From contig CAYGCY010000004.1 in NCBI GenBank assembly GCA_964348525.1, forward strand, positions 1,886 through 53,334: a DNA stretch of 51,449 nt. The letters run 5' to 3'. Each line of letters starts with the position of its first letter. The first letter of the stretch is position 1. Of this stretch, positions 50,978 to 51,449 are shown in pieces. The translations under genes were made by a program, and so were the position numbers. The notes beneath the pieces were generated by a model, which searched no databases, had not been told where the DNA came from, and was given only the letters and a program-made list of their open reading frames with translations. This stretch comes from an uncultured Candidatus Saccharibacteria bacterium. Lineage in GTDB: Bacteria; Patescibacteriota; Minisyncoccia; Phycocordibacterales; Zambryskibacteraceae.

Positions 50978-50987
50978 GTACCCAAAT

Positions 50988-51032
50988 GTTTACCAAGGTT
51001 CCACCTTGGTAAAGCCAAGGTGGAACCTTGTA
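50988..51032. repeat. Copy 2 of the 21-nt hairpin motif, immediately followed by its reverse complement (compound palindrome)
   Basis: TTTACCAAGGTTCCACCTTGGTAAA then GCCAAGGTGGAACCTTGTA. The two halves can fold separately or pair with each other. Confidence 0.75.
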
Positions 51033-51137
51033 CCGCTAACTTGTTTATGTTTCTTTTTGTATCGATTACGATACAAATTCTTCATTCGCATAAACTACGT
51101 AAGCAAGCTTCCGCGCTTTATGACTCATTCGAATTTG

Positions 51138-51219
51138 TGGGCGAGAGAGGACTTGAACCTCCACCCCTTACGGGACCAGTTCCTAAGACTGGCGTGTATA
51201 CCAATTTCACCACTCGCCC
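51138..51219 (-). tRNA. tRNA-Leu(TAG), long variable arm
   Basis: Reverse complement GGGCGAG TG GTGAAATTGGTATACAC G CCAGT CTTAGGA ACTGG TCCCGTAAGGGGT GGAGG TTCAAGT CCTCT CTCGCCC A. Confidence 0.9.
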
Positions 51220-51239
51220 AACTAAGCGAAAGCCTCGCT

Positions 51240-51259
51240 TGTCCGCTCAGAGGGAATCG
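51240..51259 (-). repeat. Orphan 20-nt copy of the tRNA-Lys 3' end (att-like direct repeat)
   Basis: TGTCCGCTCAGAGGGAATCG is identical to 51392-51411, which is the acceptor/T-arm 3' part of tRNA-Lys. Confidence 0.8.
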
Positions 51260-51297
51260 GTCACAGATAATTCCGCCAAGACGGAATTATCTGTGAC
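51260..51297. repeat. Perfect 16-bp-stem hairpin abutting the orphan tRNA-Lys fragment
   Basis: GTCACAGATAATTCCG-CCAAGA-CGGAATTATCTGTGAC. Confidence 0.8.
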
Positions 51298-51393
51298 CCC
51301 GCCTCGCGTCGGCCTTGGCGACATGCTCCGGCCTTCGATTCCTCCACGAGCCAAGTAGTTGGCTCGTTTGGTCGGCCACTCGCTTCTCTCGTG

Positions 51394-51449
51394 TCCGCTC
51401 AGAGGGAATCGAACCCCCGACCATCTCCTTAAGAGGGAGCTGCTCTACC
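51394..51449 (-). tRNA. tRNA-Lys(CTT), 5' part cut off by the window edge
   Basis: Reverse complement ...GGTAGAGC A GCTCC CTCTTAA GGAGA TGGTC GGGGG TTCGATT CCCTC TGAGCGG A. Confidence 0.8.

Noticed and set aside
50943-51358. ORFs 50943..51296 and 51020..51358
   Set aside because: They run across tRNA-Leu, the palindromes and the tRNA-Lys fragment. They have no SD, and the translations have no protein-like features.
51260-51393. A second tRNA (or intron-containing tRNA) between tRNA-Leu and tRNA-Lys
   Set aside because: The orphan 20-mer supplies a 3' acceptor strand, but no complementary CCGCTCA 5' strand, D-arm or anticodon arm can be found in the 132-nt interval.

Overview
The backbone is low-GC bacterial chromosome: hand counts of sample 60-nt lines give about 37% GC (e.g. 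22/60 at 38401-38460). By inference from gene content and style, it looks like a small-genome Patescibacteria/CPR (Parcubacteria-like) organism using the standard code. Recognisable housekeeping genes are murJ, lepA, valS, tsaD, trxB, ftsZ, ftsA, ybeY, rpsU, lepB, pth, rpsA and gyrA. There are also Hsp20, PrsW-like, glutaredoxin-like, NUDIX and MBL-fold genes. I read eight tRNAs by hand: Arg-CCT, Gly-CCC, Phe-GAA, Ser-CGA, Glu-TTC, Val-GAC, Leu-TAG and a truncated Lys-CTT. An RNase P RNA at 12598-12935 (minus strand) lies where the ORF track shows only spurious ORFs. Six things stand out. (1) A giant surface-fibre gene of more than 4,170 codons is open to the window edge and built on phage-tail-fibre logic, with more than 20 GNVGIGT modules and two S74-type chaperone domains. 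(2) A 1,158-aa protein combines six FN3-like repeats, a peptidoglycan-binding domain and a membrane anchor. (3) Six tandem TrbC/VirB2-like (T4SS-pilin-family) genes sit behind a solute-binding-like gene, with no secretion ATPase in the window. (4) Several short patches of roughly 50-70% GC are embedded in the low-GC backbone. Each is a self-contained cassette: a near-consensus extended -10 promoter, an SD, a GC-rich ORF (small secreted or membrane proteins, plus one histidine phosphatase) and a strong hairpin terminator. One cassette splits ftsA from ftsZ, and others sit next to tRNA genes and a tRNA-Lys 3'-end duplication. (5) A ~190-nt structured intergenic element occurs twice, with compensatory stem changes. 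(6) A promoter-to-terminator orphan ncRNA candidate lies at 17.5 kb. No CRISPR array, transposase, integrase or recognisable defence system was seen. All product calls come from motif recognition by eye, since no searches could be run.
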